IMG/VR virus record: IMGVR_UViG_3300019776_000564 | Span: 44,019-108,018 of that record | Reading direction: 5' to 3' (one strand) | Length of the DNA: 64,000 nucleotides | Source of the DNA: a virus | Shown here: positions 55,220-64,000 of the stretch, in pieces | How the letters are laid out: every line of letters starts with the position of its first letter | Position numbering within the stretch: the first letter of the stretch is position 1 | The notes under the pieces: model-generated | Told to the model about the DNA's origin: nothing | What the model saw: the letters and a program-made list of their open reading frames with translations, nothing else | The model's database searches: none | Translations under genes and position numbers: made by a program

Positions 55220-56347
55220 ATGGCTAAGTCTCCATTGGCAGCAGCACTCGAAGGCGTTATCGGCAAGAACGCAGCCCGAGTTGGTATTAAGAACTGGATG
55301 ACCACAGGCATCCCGGAGCTTGATGCAGCGCTTTCAGGCATGTTTGAGAGCGGTGGCGTCCCGGGCGGACGCATGATCGAGATCTTTGGGCCAGCGTCGT
55401 CAGGCAAAACCTTCCTCGCAACGATGATCATGAAGGCTGCCCAAGATATGGGTGGGATCGCCGGCTTCTCTGACCACGAACGTAGCTTCGAGCCTAAGCT
55501 GGCTGAATCGCTCGGTCTGTGCATCGATGAGGACGTTGGCAACTTCGTCTACAAGAAGCCTGAAACCTTTGAGGAGAGCATCCTGTTGGCGATGCACTTC
55601 TGTGAGCAGGTTCGCAAACTGAAGCTGATCCCGGACGATGCACCTTTGGTATGGGTGTTCGACTCTGTAGCTTCGATGGTTCCGTATGACAAGCTCTACG
55701 ACGATAAAGGCAAGCGTCGTGTCGACCGCATCAACATGAAGGACAAGCTCGCTCTGGCTACTGCAACTTCGCAGAACTACCCACAGCTTGCTCAGTTCGC
55801 GGAAGACTACAACATGACCGTGATTCTTCTGAACCAAGTTCGCATGAAACCCGGCGTGATGTACGGCGACCCAACAACTACACCGGGTGGTCAAGCGGCC
55901 GAGTTCTACGCTTCGATCCGTATCAGCCTGGGTCGCAAGATGATCACCAACGGTGAATCCGGCGACAAGAAAGAGACACTGGGTCAGGAAATCACCGCCA
56001 ACGTAATCAAGAACAAGGTCACTCGACCATTCCAGAAAGCGAAGTGGCGCGTGATGTATAACATGAGCGGCGCAGGTGCGAAGGTTGACGTAGTTGGTTC
56101 TACTATCGATTTCCTCGTTCGCAAGGATCTTCTGCCGCGAGACGGTAAATACATCGTCTGGGAAGGTAAGAAGTTGTACCAATCTCAGCTTGAGACTAAG
56201 CTGCAAGCCGAGCCTGAAGCTGACGCAATGAAGAAGTTGTGCGCCTTCCTGCCAGAAAAAGCTGAAGACGTTGCAAGAGTGGACCTTGAGTCCGAAACCC
56301 CGCCCACCGAAGGTGGCGACATCGAAGTAGGAGCAGTAGAAGAATGA
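55220..56347 (+). CDS. recA: RecA/UvsX recombinase
   Basis: EIFGPASSGKT, DSVA, NQVR...MYGDPTTTPGG, KNKV..PF. Confidence 0.93.
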   Translation: MAKSPLAAALEGVIGKNAARVGIKNWMTTGIPELDAALSGMFESGGVPGGRMIEIFGPASSGKTFLATMIMKAAQDMGGIAGFSDHERSFEPKLAESLGLCIDEDVGNFVYKKPETFEESILLAMHFCEQVRKLKLIPDDAPLVWVFDSVASMVPYDKLYDDKGKRRVDRINMKDKLALATATSQNYPQLAQFAEDYNMTVILLNQVRMKPGVMYGDPTTTPGGQAAEFYASIRISLGRKMITNGESGDKKETLGQEITANVIKNKVTRPFQKAKWRVMYNMSGAGAKVDVVGSTIDFLVRKDLLPRDGKYIVWEGKKLYQSQLETKLQAEPEADAMKKLCAFLPEKAEDVARVDLESETPPTEGGDIEVGAVEE

Positions 56348-56742
56348 AAGAGAAATTTGGCAAGTGGTTCGACAAGAAAATGACGAAGCTGATTGACGAG
56401 AAGGCTAAAGCTCGACTGAGCGGCGCTGGTTCGGTTATCAACTTCATCGGCCTTGCAGCGATCACTATCCTTCTGGCTGTTGGTGCGCTTGGTCTGGCTG
56501 CGGGGCTGTTCTGTCTCGTAGTGCTGCTACCCGGCATGGTGACAGGCGCGTTCGCTTGGTTTGTTTGGACTTATCTCGGTCTCGGTGCGATGTACTTCGC
56601 AACGCTAGATCCGGTATGGTTGAATATTCCATATTGGCACTTCGCGCTCAGCTTCTCGGCAGTCATCTTCGCAGTCAGGGTCTTTCGTAAGAAGGGCCGT
56701 CAGCAAAAGTTCAGAGAGGCGGTTAACAGCCTCGCTAAGTAG
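56344..56742 (+). CDS. hypothetical membrane protein
   Basis: 2-3 hydrophobic segments; ATGA-coupled. Confidence 0.65.
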   Translation: MKEKFGKWFDKKMTKLIDEKAKARLSGAGSVINFIGLAAITILLAVGALGLAAGLFCLVVLLPGMVTGAFAWFVWTYLGLGAMYFATLDPVWLNIPYWHFALSFSAVIFAVRVFRKKGRQQKFREAVNSLAK

Positions 56743-56758
56743 TAGCTGTCAGTAAAAC

Positions 56759-56787
56759 AAAACGGGCACAAGTTAGTGCCCGTTTTC
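56759..56787 (+). terminator. intrinsic terminator
   Basis: AAAACGGGCAC-AAGTTA-GTGCCCGTTTT. Confidence 0.8.
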
Positions 56788-56860
56788 TATTTCTGATTCC
56801 CATAACATCCCGAGCGTAAAGCTTTAAAATCACAGTTCAACAAACACAGAGACGCAACCA

Positions 56861-57943
56861 ATGATTCCTTATGGCGTAATTTCAGACCCTCATAATCACG
56901 ATTGGAGCCAGTTCTCTCGCATCCTGCCTACTGGACTGAACAGCCGGCTTGTGAACATTCTCGACGCTGAAAAGCAGGCCGCCGTTGAAACCAAGAAAGC
57001 TGGTGGCGAGCGTCTGTATATCGCGGGCGATCTGTTTCATGTTCGTGGCTCTGTAAGCCCGAAGGTTCTGAACCCTACCAAAGACCTGTTTGAGTACATC
57101 ACAGGCACTCTCGGTATCGAGATTCGCATCTTGACCGGCAACCACGATCTTGAATCGCGGAACAGCGAAGCTCTGAGCAATGCCTGCGAAGCTCTGAGTC
57201 CGATCGAAGGCGTTAAAGTTATCAGCACCATGACCATCTTCCATGATGACAACATGGTCATGGTTCCCTGGTACGACAATATCGATGATGTTCGCAAGTA
57301 CATCCGTGCGGCCATCGAAGAGATCGAAGATCTTGGCGATACCGCAAGCAACTACTCTCTGATGATCCATGCGCCTGTAAACGGCGTACTGATCGGCATC
57401 CCAGAGCACGGCTTCTATTCAAAAGAGCTTGAGCGCTTTGGCTTCAAGCGCGTGTTCTCCGGTCACTATCACAACCACAAGCGGTTTGATGGCGAAGTCT
57501 ACAGCGTAGGCGCTTTGACACATCAAACCTGGGGTGACGTAAACACCAAAGCTGGCTATCTGATTGTCAGCGACGCAGGCGTAAACCACTTCAAATCCGA
57601 AGCGCCAGAGTTCCGCGATTACGACATCACATGGGACGATGACACTGCTGCCGAGAACTGCAAAGGCAACTTCATTCGCGTTCGTCTCGGTGAGGCAGAC
57701 GACGACGAGATCCAGATGATTCGCGACCACATCGTTGGTCTCGGCGCAGAAGGTTGTCTCGTACAAGCCATCCCTGTTCCAAAAGGCACAGCTACCGCTC
57801 GCAGTGCAGCGGCTGCAAAAGCTCCAACCATAGACGAGTCCATCGGCGAATGGATCAAAAACAACGCCGCAGCTTCTACCTCCGCAGAAGTAGAAAAGCT
57901 GTGTGGTGAAATCATGAACGAAGTCCGGAGCGTTACCCTATGA
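56861..57943 (+). CDS. sbcD: SbcD/Mre11-like nuclease
   Basis: SDPH, GDLFH, GNHD, GHYH metallophosphoesterase motifs. Confidence 0.9.
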   Translation: MIPYGVISDPHNHDWSQFSRILPTGLNSRLVNILDAEKQAAVETKKAGGERLYIAGDLFHVRGSVSPKVLNPTKDLFEYITGTLGIEIRILTGNHDLESRNSEALSNACEALSPIEGVKVISTMTIFHDDNMVMVPWYDNIDDVRKYIRAAIEEIEDLGDTASNYSLMIHAPVNGVLIGIPEHGFYSKELERFGFKRVFSGHYHNHKRFDGEVYSVGALTHQTWGDVNTKAGYLIVSDAGVNHFKSEAPEFRDYDITWDDDTAAENCKGNFIRVRLGEADDDEIQMIRDHIVGLGAEGCLVQAIPVPKGTATARSAAAAKAPTIDESIGEWIKNNAAASTSAEVEKLCGEIMNEVRSVTL

Positions 57944-59880
57944 AGATTCTTAGCGCTGACATCAACAACTTCTCGGCGATTGGTCGCATCGAAGTTGCCC
58001 TTGATGACAAGGGACTCATTTTGATACAGGGAAAAAATGACGACGACACGTCGCAAGACTCCAACGGTTCGGGCAAGTCGTCTATCCCGGATGCGCTGTG
58101 CTGGTGTTTCTTCGGTGAAACAGCTAAGGGTCAGAGCGGTGACAAGCTTGTAAACCGTACAGCCAAGAAAGATACGGCTGTAGAGGTAACTATCGTCGAT
58201 GAAGAGACAGACGATATTTACAAGGTCAGTCGCTACCGCAAGCATAAGACCTACAAGAACATGCTCCGCGTGGAGATGATGGTCGGCACCTCAGGTTGGA
58301 AAGACCTGACAGCGGGCACTGACAAGCTGACTCAGGAGATCGTTAATCGCATTATCGGTTGCAACCTTGAAGTCTTCTCTGCGGCGATTTACGCAGGTCA
58401 AGAAGCTATGCCCGATCTGCCAGCAATGACTGACAAGCAGCTTAAGGTTCTGATCGAAGAAAGCGCCGGCATTTCTCAGCTTCAAGAGGCGTATGAGGTT
58501 GCAAACCGTCACGTCAAAGAACGCAAAGCGGTTGTGCAAGACTTCGCAGGCAAGATCGTAACCAAGCAGTCAAACATCGACCTGCTCGGTAGCAACCGAA
58601 TCAATCTGCAAACCAAGCAGGGTCAGTGGGAGATCGATCAGCAGGAAAAGATCGAGTTGGCCGAAGCAGAGTTGAAGGCTGGTGTAGAAGCCTTTGACGA
58701 GGATCTTGGCGACAAAATCGTCAAGAAAAAGACCGAGCTTGCTGAAAAGGCTAGCGAGATTCGCAGCAAGATCGCCGGCAGTGACGCAGAGCGTCTCCAA
58801 GAGCGCGTGCTGGCTGATGCAGAAGCGAAGGCTCGGACAATCGAAGCGAACAAGGCTAACGCGATTGGTCACGCAAAGAATGTCCTATTGTCGGGGCAGA
58901 ATCACCTCGATCATATGAATGAGTGTGGTCACTGCGAAACCTGCGGCCATGAACTTGACTCCGCCAAGATTGAAGAAGTTCGCCGTAGTGCTGAGTTGGA
59001 AGTAAAAGAAGCTCAGCGCGAACTAGATGAAGCGATCAAGGCACACGCTGTAAGCTCTCAAGACGCTGATGCAGCGACGAAAGCACTTGCTGCACATCGT
59101 GACAGCATGACAGACGTTAGCGCGCTCACAGCAGAGCTAACGAGCTTAGGCGATAACCAGCAACGACTCGAAACCGGGTTGAACAACTGGAACCGTCAGA
59201 AGAATGCCGTAGAGTGTTCTCGTAAGCGTCTGGCCGATGCGACCGCTGAGGTTAACCCATACATCGCTCACATCGATGATCTGGATACCCAAGTTGAGGG
59301 TATTAAATCTGAGATCGAGGATCTGGAAGACAAGCGTAAGACAGCGGCGAAGGCTCTGTTCATCGCAGAAGAGGCTTTCCGAGTGTTCAGCCCAGCCGGT
59401 GTTCGTGCTCATGTGCTGGACACTGTAACGCCTCACCTCAATGCTCGAACCAGCCACTACCTCTCTACGCTCACTGACGGCAACATCAGCGCGATCTGGT
59501 CGACCGTAAGTAAGACGGCAAAGGGTGAGCTTCGCGAGAAGTTCGTCATTGATGTCGAGTCCAAGACAGGCGGTGAAACATTCAAGGATCTATCTGGTGG
59601 CGAGAAGCGTAAGGTTCGTCTTGCGTGCGCTATGGCTCTGCAAGATTTGGTTGCAAGTCGAGCCAGTAAGCCGATCAAGCTTTTCATTGCGGACGAGATC
59701 GATCATGCTCTCGACGCTGCCGGCTTGGAACGACTGATGTCGATCCTCGACGCCAAGTCTCGCGACAAAGGCACTGTACTGGTTATTTCTCACAGTGACC
59801 TCCGGGACTCGATTCGTAACTCGGTTACTGTCGTCAAGAAGGGCGGTAAAGCTACTATCGAACCTAACAGCGTGTTGTGA
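57940..59880 (+). CDS. sbcC: SbcC/Rad50-like ATPase
   Basis: SNGSGKS, coiled coil with CETC hook, LSGGE, IADE, ISH. Confidence 0.92.
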   Translation: MKILSADINNFSAIGRIEVALDDKGLILIQGKNDDDTSQDSNGSGKSSIPDALCWCFFGETAKGQSGDKLVNRTAKKDTAVEVTIVDEETDDIYKVSRYRKHKTYKNMLRVEMMVGTSGWKDLTAGTDKLTQEIVNRIIGCNLEVFSAAIYAGQEAMPDLPAMTDKQLKVLIEESAGISQLQEAYEVANRHVKERKAVVQDFAGKIVTKQSNIDLLGSNRINLQTKQGQWEIDQQEKIELAEAELKAGVEAFDEDLGDKIVKKKTELAEKASEIRSKIAGSDAERLQERVLADAEAKARTIEANKANAIGHAKNVLLSGQNHLDHMNECGHCETCGHELDSAKIEEVRRSAELEVKEAQRELDEAIKAHAVSSQDADAATKALAAHRDSMTDVSALTAELTSLGDNQQRLETGLNNWNRQKNAVECSRKRLADATAEVNPYIAHIDDLDTQVEGIKSEIEDLEDKRKTAAKALFIAEEAFRVFSPAGVRAHVLDTVTPHLNARTSHYLSTLTDGNISAIWSTVSKTAKGELREKFVIDVESKTGGETFKDLSGGEKRKVRLACAMALQDLVASRASKPIKLFIADEIDHALDAAGLERLMSILDAKSRDKGTVLVISHSDLRDSIRNSVTVVKKGGKATIEPNSVL

Positions 59881-59887
59881 GGGCAAG

Positions 59888-60595
59888 ATGCCTCTTATCA
59901 AGAACCTCAATGTGGATAGCGATCTTTGCGCCGACTCATATCGGCGTAGAGAGTTCGCACTTCAGAAAGATTTCATCCGGCGCTATGAGCTAGGTAAGGA
60001 TGTTTCTATCCGTACCAGCACAATGAAAGGCGCCGCTGTAATCCAAGCTCTTCGTGAAATCAGCGAAGAGGAAGTAGTTATCGATCAAGAGGCTCTCCAA
60101 GCATACGCTGACGCTGAAGACTGGCTTTGCAGAAAGATGCAAAGCCTGTTCTTCACAGTTAGGCATCTTGGTATGAACCCCAGAAAGATGACCAAGAAAG
60201 TTGCTGCGATGATTGAGAATGCATCAGGCGGCGACATAATTTTAGAGAAAGGCTGTGATCTGATCTGGATTCCGGTTTCAGCATTCTATGTAGACGACGA
60301 GCGCGTCTACCTGTTCCGGGTTGTTGGTATTGATTATCAGCACAACACCCATGTAATGCTCACAATGAGAAACACCGGAGTTATAGGTTACACAAGAGAG
60401 TGCCTTAACACCGTGAGTTCTGAGCTTGCTGCCTACATCAGCAAACTTGAAAGCAAGGCTATGGAAGACGAGCATGTTAAGGCTTCGTTTACGAGACTTG
60501 GTTCAATCCTGAGACCTGAGGCTTACAAGCAGGAAATGTTGGAGGAGAGAGCAAAGATGTACGGCGAAGTTAAGAACTTTGGGGGATGGGCATAA
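59888..60595 (+). CDS. hypothetical protein
   Basis: ATG 59888 after GAGGG; C-terminal YG..FGGWA motif. Confidence 0.7.
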   Translation: MPLIKNLNVDSDLCADSYRRREFALQKDFIRRYELGKDVSIRTSTMKGAAVIQALREISEEEVVIDQEALQAYADAEDWLCRKMQSLFFTVRHLGMNPRKMTKKVAAMIENASGGDIILEKGCDLIWIPVSAFYVDDERVYLFRVVGIDYQHNTHVMLTMRNTGVIGYTRECLNTVSSELAAYISKLESKAMEDEHVKASFTRLGSILRPEAYKQEMLEERAKMYGEVKNFGGWA

Positions 60596-61458
60596 TGAGA
60601 CCTCTTCTCGACTCAATCTATGGCTCGGAGTCTGAATCGACTCTGGTCGACTTCATAGCAGACCTCGCATTACCTCCAGATCATCAAAGCCCGTTTTCTG
60701 AAAACAGAGGCTACGACGTAAGAGGGGTAACTCTACCCTTCTTAAAAAGTCGTCACGATGTATACGATCTAACTGGCTATCTGTTTAACTTTATCGCCAG
60801 TGAGCCATTAAGGCTTTCGAGTGCAATATCGGAGTTCATCGATAGAAACATTGGCGATGATCGCATTGATGTCGCCGAAAAGATCCGAATTGTTAGTGGC
60901 GTAAAAGAAATGGGCGCCGCATTGGATGCCTATGTAAAGGTATTTGCTAGGGATAGACCCTGGCTGATCATGGGGTCAAGCATTAATGTAACCAGAATAT
61001 GGAGAGAAAAAGGTACAGATGAGGTAGTTTGCGAACCACTATCGAGGAACATTCTTAGCGGCGAGGTGAAAAACAGGCTTTGCAGTTTTGTAATGGCTGA
61101 AACAGATAGAGGCGATATCAACGTCAGCAGAGAGGCTATGGTTTCTCTCTCTGATGGCGTGTATTCGTATGATCAGGTGTCTGGCAGGGAAGTAAGGCAG
61201 GACTACCTGATAAGCATAGCGAATATGTTCGCCTATAACCATGAAATTTCCCCAATAAAATCCAGCGTAGTTTTGGATCGTCTGATCGCCTCATCTGGAG
61301 AGTTGCTGGCAAAGGTATACGATGTAGCCGTATTGATGAACGAACTGGGCATTCTAGAAGACCCGGACGGCATCTATATCCAAAAGATTATCGTAAGAAA
61401 AGGTGTTAACGCTGAGGATTCACCAAACGCTCTAATAAAAATCGGAGAATGGTCGTGA
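60586..61458 (+). CDS. hypothetical protein
   Basis: Overlapping 290-aa ORF; AT-richer codons. Confidence 0.65.
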   Translation: MGIMRPLLDSIYGSESESTLVDFIADLALPPDHQSPFSENRGYDVRGVTLPFLKSRHDVYDLTGYLFNFIASEPLRLSSAISEFIDRNIGDDRIDVAEKIRIVSGVKEMGAALDAYVKVFARDRPWLIMGSSINVTRIWREKGTDEVVCEPLSRNILSGEVKNRLCSFVMAETDRGDINVSREAMVSLSDGVYSYDQVSGREVRQDYLISIANMFAYNHEISPIKSSVVLDRLIASSGELLAKVYDVAVLMNELGILEDPDGIYIQKIIVRKGVNAEDSPNALIKIGEWS

Positions 61459-61979
61459 TAGAGATCTGGAAAAGCATCGATGGGTTCCCGGGTTACGAAG
61501 TTTCCAATATCGGTCGAGTGAAGTCCTTCAGAAGAGATCCAAAAGGTGAACTTCTTAAGCCTTATCTCAAAGGTGAGAAGGGTAAAAAGACAGACTACCT
61601 CAGAGTAAGGCTTACCAATGATGCAGGTGTTCAGAAGAACGTAAGGGTAAACCGAATCGTTCTGATCACGTTCTCAGGCCCGCCACCATCAGAAAAGCAC
61701 GTCTCCTGCCACATTGATGGCAACAGCATGAATAACTGGCTTCTCAACCTCAAATGGGCAACCCAATTGGAGAACGAGAAGCACAAAGAGATTCATGGTA
61801 CAAAACCAATCGGCACAAAGGTTCATAACTCAAAGCTAACTCCGGCTGGCGTTAGAAGAATCCGCAGGGTAAACCCAAAATGCGCTGCCGATTTTAAAAT
61901 GCTGATGGCTGCCCTTGGGGTTAGCCGATCTGCAATCTGTGATGTAATCAAAGGTCGGACGTGGAGCCACATAGTATGA
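61449..61979 (+). mobile_element. free-standing NUMOD4-HNH homing endonuclease
   Basis: EIWKSIDGFPGYEVSNIGRVKS (NUMOD4), CHIDGN..NN...NLKWAT (HNH), C-terminal HTH. Confidence 0.88.
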
Positions 61980-62518
61980 GCAGAGTAAAGATTATCGGTA
62001 TCGATCCGAGCTTGAGAAATTTTGGCATCGCCAAAGGTTGGTTTGATCTCAACACTCTGAAGTGGGAGGTTGAAGAGGTCGAACTGATCAAGACCGAAAA
62101 GAGCAAGATCAAGGCTATGCGCAAGAGCGCAGACGACTACAGCCGAGCCAGAATCCTTTATGAGGGTCTGAAAGAGGCTGAGAAGGGCGCTGAGCTTGCG
62201 TTCATCGAAATGCCAATTGGATCTCAGAGCGCTTCGGCAATGCTCTCTTACGGGGCTTGTGTAGCCTTGGCAGCCTGCATCGACATCCCTCTCATTCAGG
62301 TTACTCCTTCTCAGGTTAAGATCGAGGCTGTCGGTGACAGAAACGCGACCAAAGAGGAGATGATCGCATGGGCAACAACGTTGTTCCCAAATGCTAACTG
62401 GCTAAGGCAAGGCAAGCGAATCATTGGTGCAAACGAGCACCTTGCAGATGCTTGTGGAGCTATCAATGCCGGGATGCAGGAAAGTGATTTCAAAGCTTGG
62501 GTAGAAATGCAGCGCTAG
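61976..62518 (+). CDS. ruvC: RuvC-like Holliday junction resolvase
   Basis: IIGIDPS..NFG, FIE, P.QVK, ATKEEM, HLADA. Confidence 0.88.
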   Translation: MSRVKIIGIDPSLRNFGIAKGWFDLNTLKWEVEEVELIKTEKSKIKAMRKSADDYSRARILYEGLKEAEKGAELAFIEMPIGSQSASAMLSYGACVALAACIDIPLIQVTPSQVKIEAVGDRNATKEEMIAWATTLFPNANWLRQGKRIIGANEHLADACGAINAGMQESDFKAWVEMQR

Positions 62519-62558
62519 CATTACCTCTCAAGCCCCGTCTATACTCGACGCCCTCGAC

Positions 62559-62606
62559 ATACAATGAGTTGTGTTCGCAGCTCATTGTGACCACTACATA
62601 TTCGAT
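62559..62606 (+). promoter_or_regulatory. putative tandem NrdR boxes upstream of nrdA
   Basis: ATACAATGAGTTGTGT (62559) and CCACTACATATTCGAT (62591), starts 32 bp apart. Confidence 0.5.
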
Positions 62607-62618
62607 CAAGGAATAAAA

Positions 62619-64000
62619 ATGCAGGTAAAGAAATCAGACGGTTCTATGCAGGAACTGGACATCAGCAAGATCATCGCCCACAGCAAATGGGCTTGCGAAG
62701 GTCTTGATGTCTCCCAATCAGAGCTTGATTCGAGCCTTCAGATTCAGTTCTACGATGGCATGCCTACAAGCGAGATCGCAGACGCTCAGATCCAAACCGC
62801 AAGCTCGCTGATCTCCATCGAACAGCCGGAGTTTGATCAGGTTGCTTCTCGCTTTGTTCGTCAGCGTATCTACAAGCAAGTGACTGGCGGTGGTATCGAC
62901 TACCCGCACATTCGCTCGATGCTGTCTCAGGGCGTACTGTTCCAACAGCTTGATCCTCGACTGATGAGCAACCTGTTTGACCTCGAAACGCTGAACGCGG
63001 CAATCGTTCCTGAACGCGATGACTACTTTGCCTATCTCGGCATTCAAACCATCGCAGACCGCTACCTTCTGACTCGACCCCTCGTTGTAGGTCAGAAGAA
63101 GACGATCTATGAAATGCCACAGCATTTCTGGATGCGAGTAGCGATGGGTCTGGCTCTTCTTGAAGACAACCCAACTCAGCGCGCCATCGAGTTCTATGAC
63201 GTGATGAGTCAGATGGAATACGTTCCATCTACCCCAACGCTGTTCAACTCCGGCACTCTGAAAGCTCAAATGTCGTCCTGCTACCTGTCCTATGTACCTG
63301 ACGATTTGGAAGGCATCTTTAATCTGGGTATTACTCAGACTGCGATGCTGTCCAAGTGGGCAGGCGGTGTTGGTACAAGCTGGACTTCTGTTCGCGGTAA
63401 CAGTTCGATCATCAAGTCGACCAACGGCAAGTCGAACGGCGTAGTCCCATTCCTGAAGGTTCTTGACTCTACGGCCGTAGCTGTCAATCAGGGTGGTAAG
63501 CGTAAGGGCGCTGTAGCTCCTTACCTCGAAAACTGGCACGTAGACTTCATGGACTTCTGTGATCTGCGTCTCCAGACTGGCGAAGAAAACCTTCGCACGC
63601 ACAACCTGCACCCGGCTTCTTTTATCTCTGACCTGTTCATGAAGCGTAAAGAGGCCGGCGAGAACTGGTCTTTCTTCTGCCCAAGCGATGTGCCTGAGCT
63701 TGAGAACCTTTATGGCGAAGAGTTTGAAAAAGCTTACATCGCCGCAGAAGAGAAAGGTCTGGCTCGTAAAACCATTCCAGCGTTGGATCTGTGGAAGTAC
63801 CAACTCGACAAGATCGTTCGTACTGGCTACCCCTGGGTCACTTGGAAAGATCCTATCAACCGTCGTAACCCTCAGAAGCACGTTGGTGTTGTTCACAACT
63901 CCAACCTTTGCACTGAGATCACCCTGATTAACAGCGAAGAAGAGGTTGCAGTATGCAATCTTGGCTCTATCGTTCTGCACAAGTTTATCCGTCATGACGG
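62619..64000 (+). CDS. nrdA: ribonucleoside-diphosphate reductase alpha subunit (class Ia), partial
   Basis: ATP-cone start MQVKKSDGS, TPTLFNSG, SSCYL, QGGKRKGA, SNLCTEI, CNLGS in one frame; runs off the window end. Confidence 0.95.
   Translation, partial: MQVKKSDGSMQELDISKIIAHSKWACEGLDVSQSELDSSLQIQFYDGMPTSEIADAQIQTASSLISIEQPEFDQVASRFVRQRIYKQVTGGGIDYPHIRSMLSQGVLFQQLDPRLMSNLFDLETLNAAIVPERDDYFAYLGIQTIADRYLLTRPLVVGQKKTIYEMPQHFWMRVAMGLALLEDNPTQRAIEFYDVMSQMEYVPSTPTLFNSGTLKAQMSSCYLSYVPDDLEGIFNLGITQTAMLSKWAGGVGTSWTSVRGNSSIIKSTNGKSNGVVPFLKVLDSTAVAVNQGGKRKGAVAPYLENWHVDFMDFCDLRLQTGEENLRTHNLHPASFISDLFMKRKEAGENWSFFCPSDVPELENLYGEEFEKAYIAAEEKGLARKTIPALDLWKYQLDKIVRTGYPWVTWKDPINRRNPQKHVGVVHNSNLCTEITLINSEEEVAVCNLGSIVLHKFIRHD

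Noticed and set aside
62718-63995. 425-aa minus-strand ORF
   Set aside because: Antisense to nrdA, which is the real gene and is missing from the track only because it has no stop in the window.
47942-64000. Introns or inteins in dnaE, recA or nrdA
   Set aside because: Conserved motifs are contiguous and in frame; the HNH gene is free-standing.
1-64000. CRISPR array, DGR/reverse transcriptase, invertible tail-fibre cassette, stop-codon reassignment
   Set aside because: No repeat-spacer array, RT or invertase motifs seen; genes are full length under the standard code.

Overview
The whole window is part of a large lambda-tailed (siphovirus-type) phage genome of roughly 50% GC. Its gene content matches the SSU5/pHCM2-related lineage: dnaE, a cobS/cobT-like pair, RecA, SbcCD, and ParB-like plus ABC/GNAT genes next to the terminase. 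A gammaproteobacterial host, possibly Pseudomonas, is an inference. Order: partial SLOG-like gene (-), tRNA cluster, SF2 helicase (-), ParB-ParB-ABC ATPase-GNAT-wHTH block, terminase, portal, scaffold, capsid, neck, tail (G/GT frameshift, tape measure, M-L-K-I-J, fibre), holin, SAR endolysin, spanins, PhoH, then a replication/recombination arm (helicase, primase, ligase, vWA + MoxR AAA, DnaE, UvsY-like, SSB, 5'-3' exonuclease, RecA, SbcDC, HNH, RuvC, partial NrdA). No integrase, ParA/RepA or CRISPR array is visible. Best leads: (1) a splicing-incompetent Hint (intein-like) domain at the N-terminus of tail-tip protein J, bracketed by a duplicated (I/V)xGAGG motif that also ends the ubiquitin-like domain of gpI, next to the JAB protease gpK; (2) a putative packaging-coupled DNA-modification module with an adjacent CCGG(A/G)-dense zone; (3) a shared C-terminal KQE-x4-R-x3-YG..[WF]GG[FW]A tag on otherwise dissimilar proteins; (4) a tRNA-like ncRNA and an 8/4-fold tRNA-Tyr; (5) DnaE fused to a catalytically degenerate family-4 UDG domain. 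All product calls come from motif recognition by eye; no database search was run.
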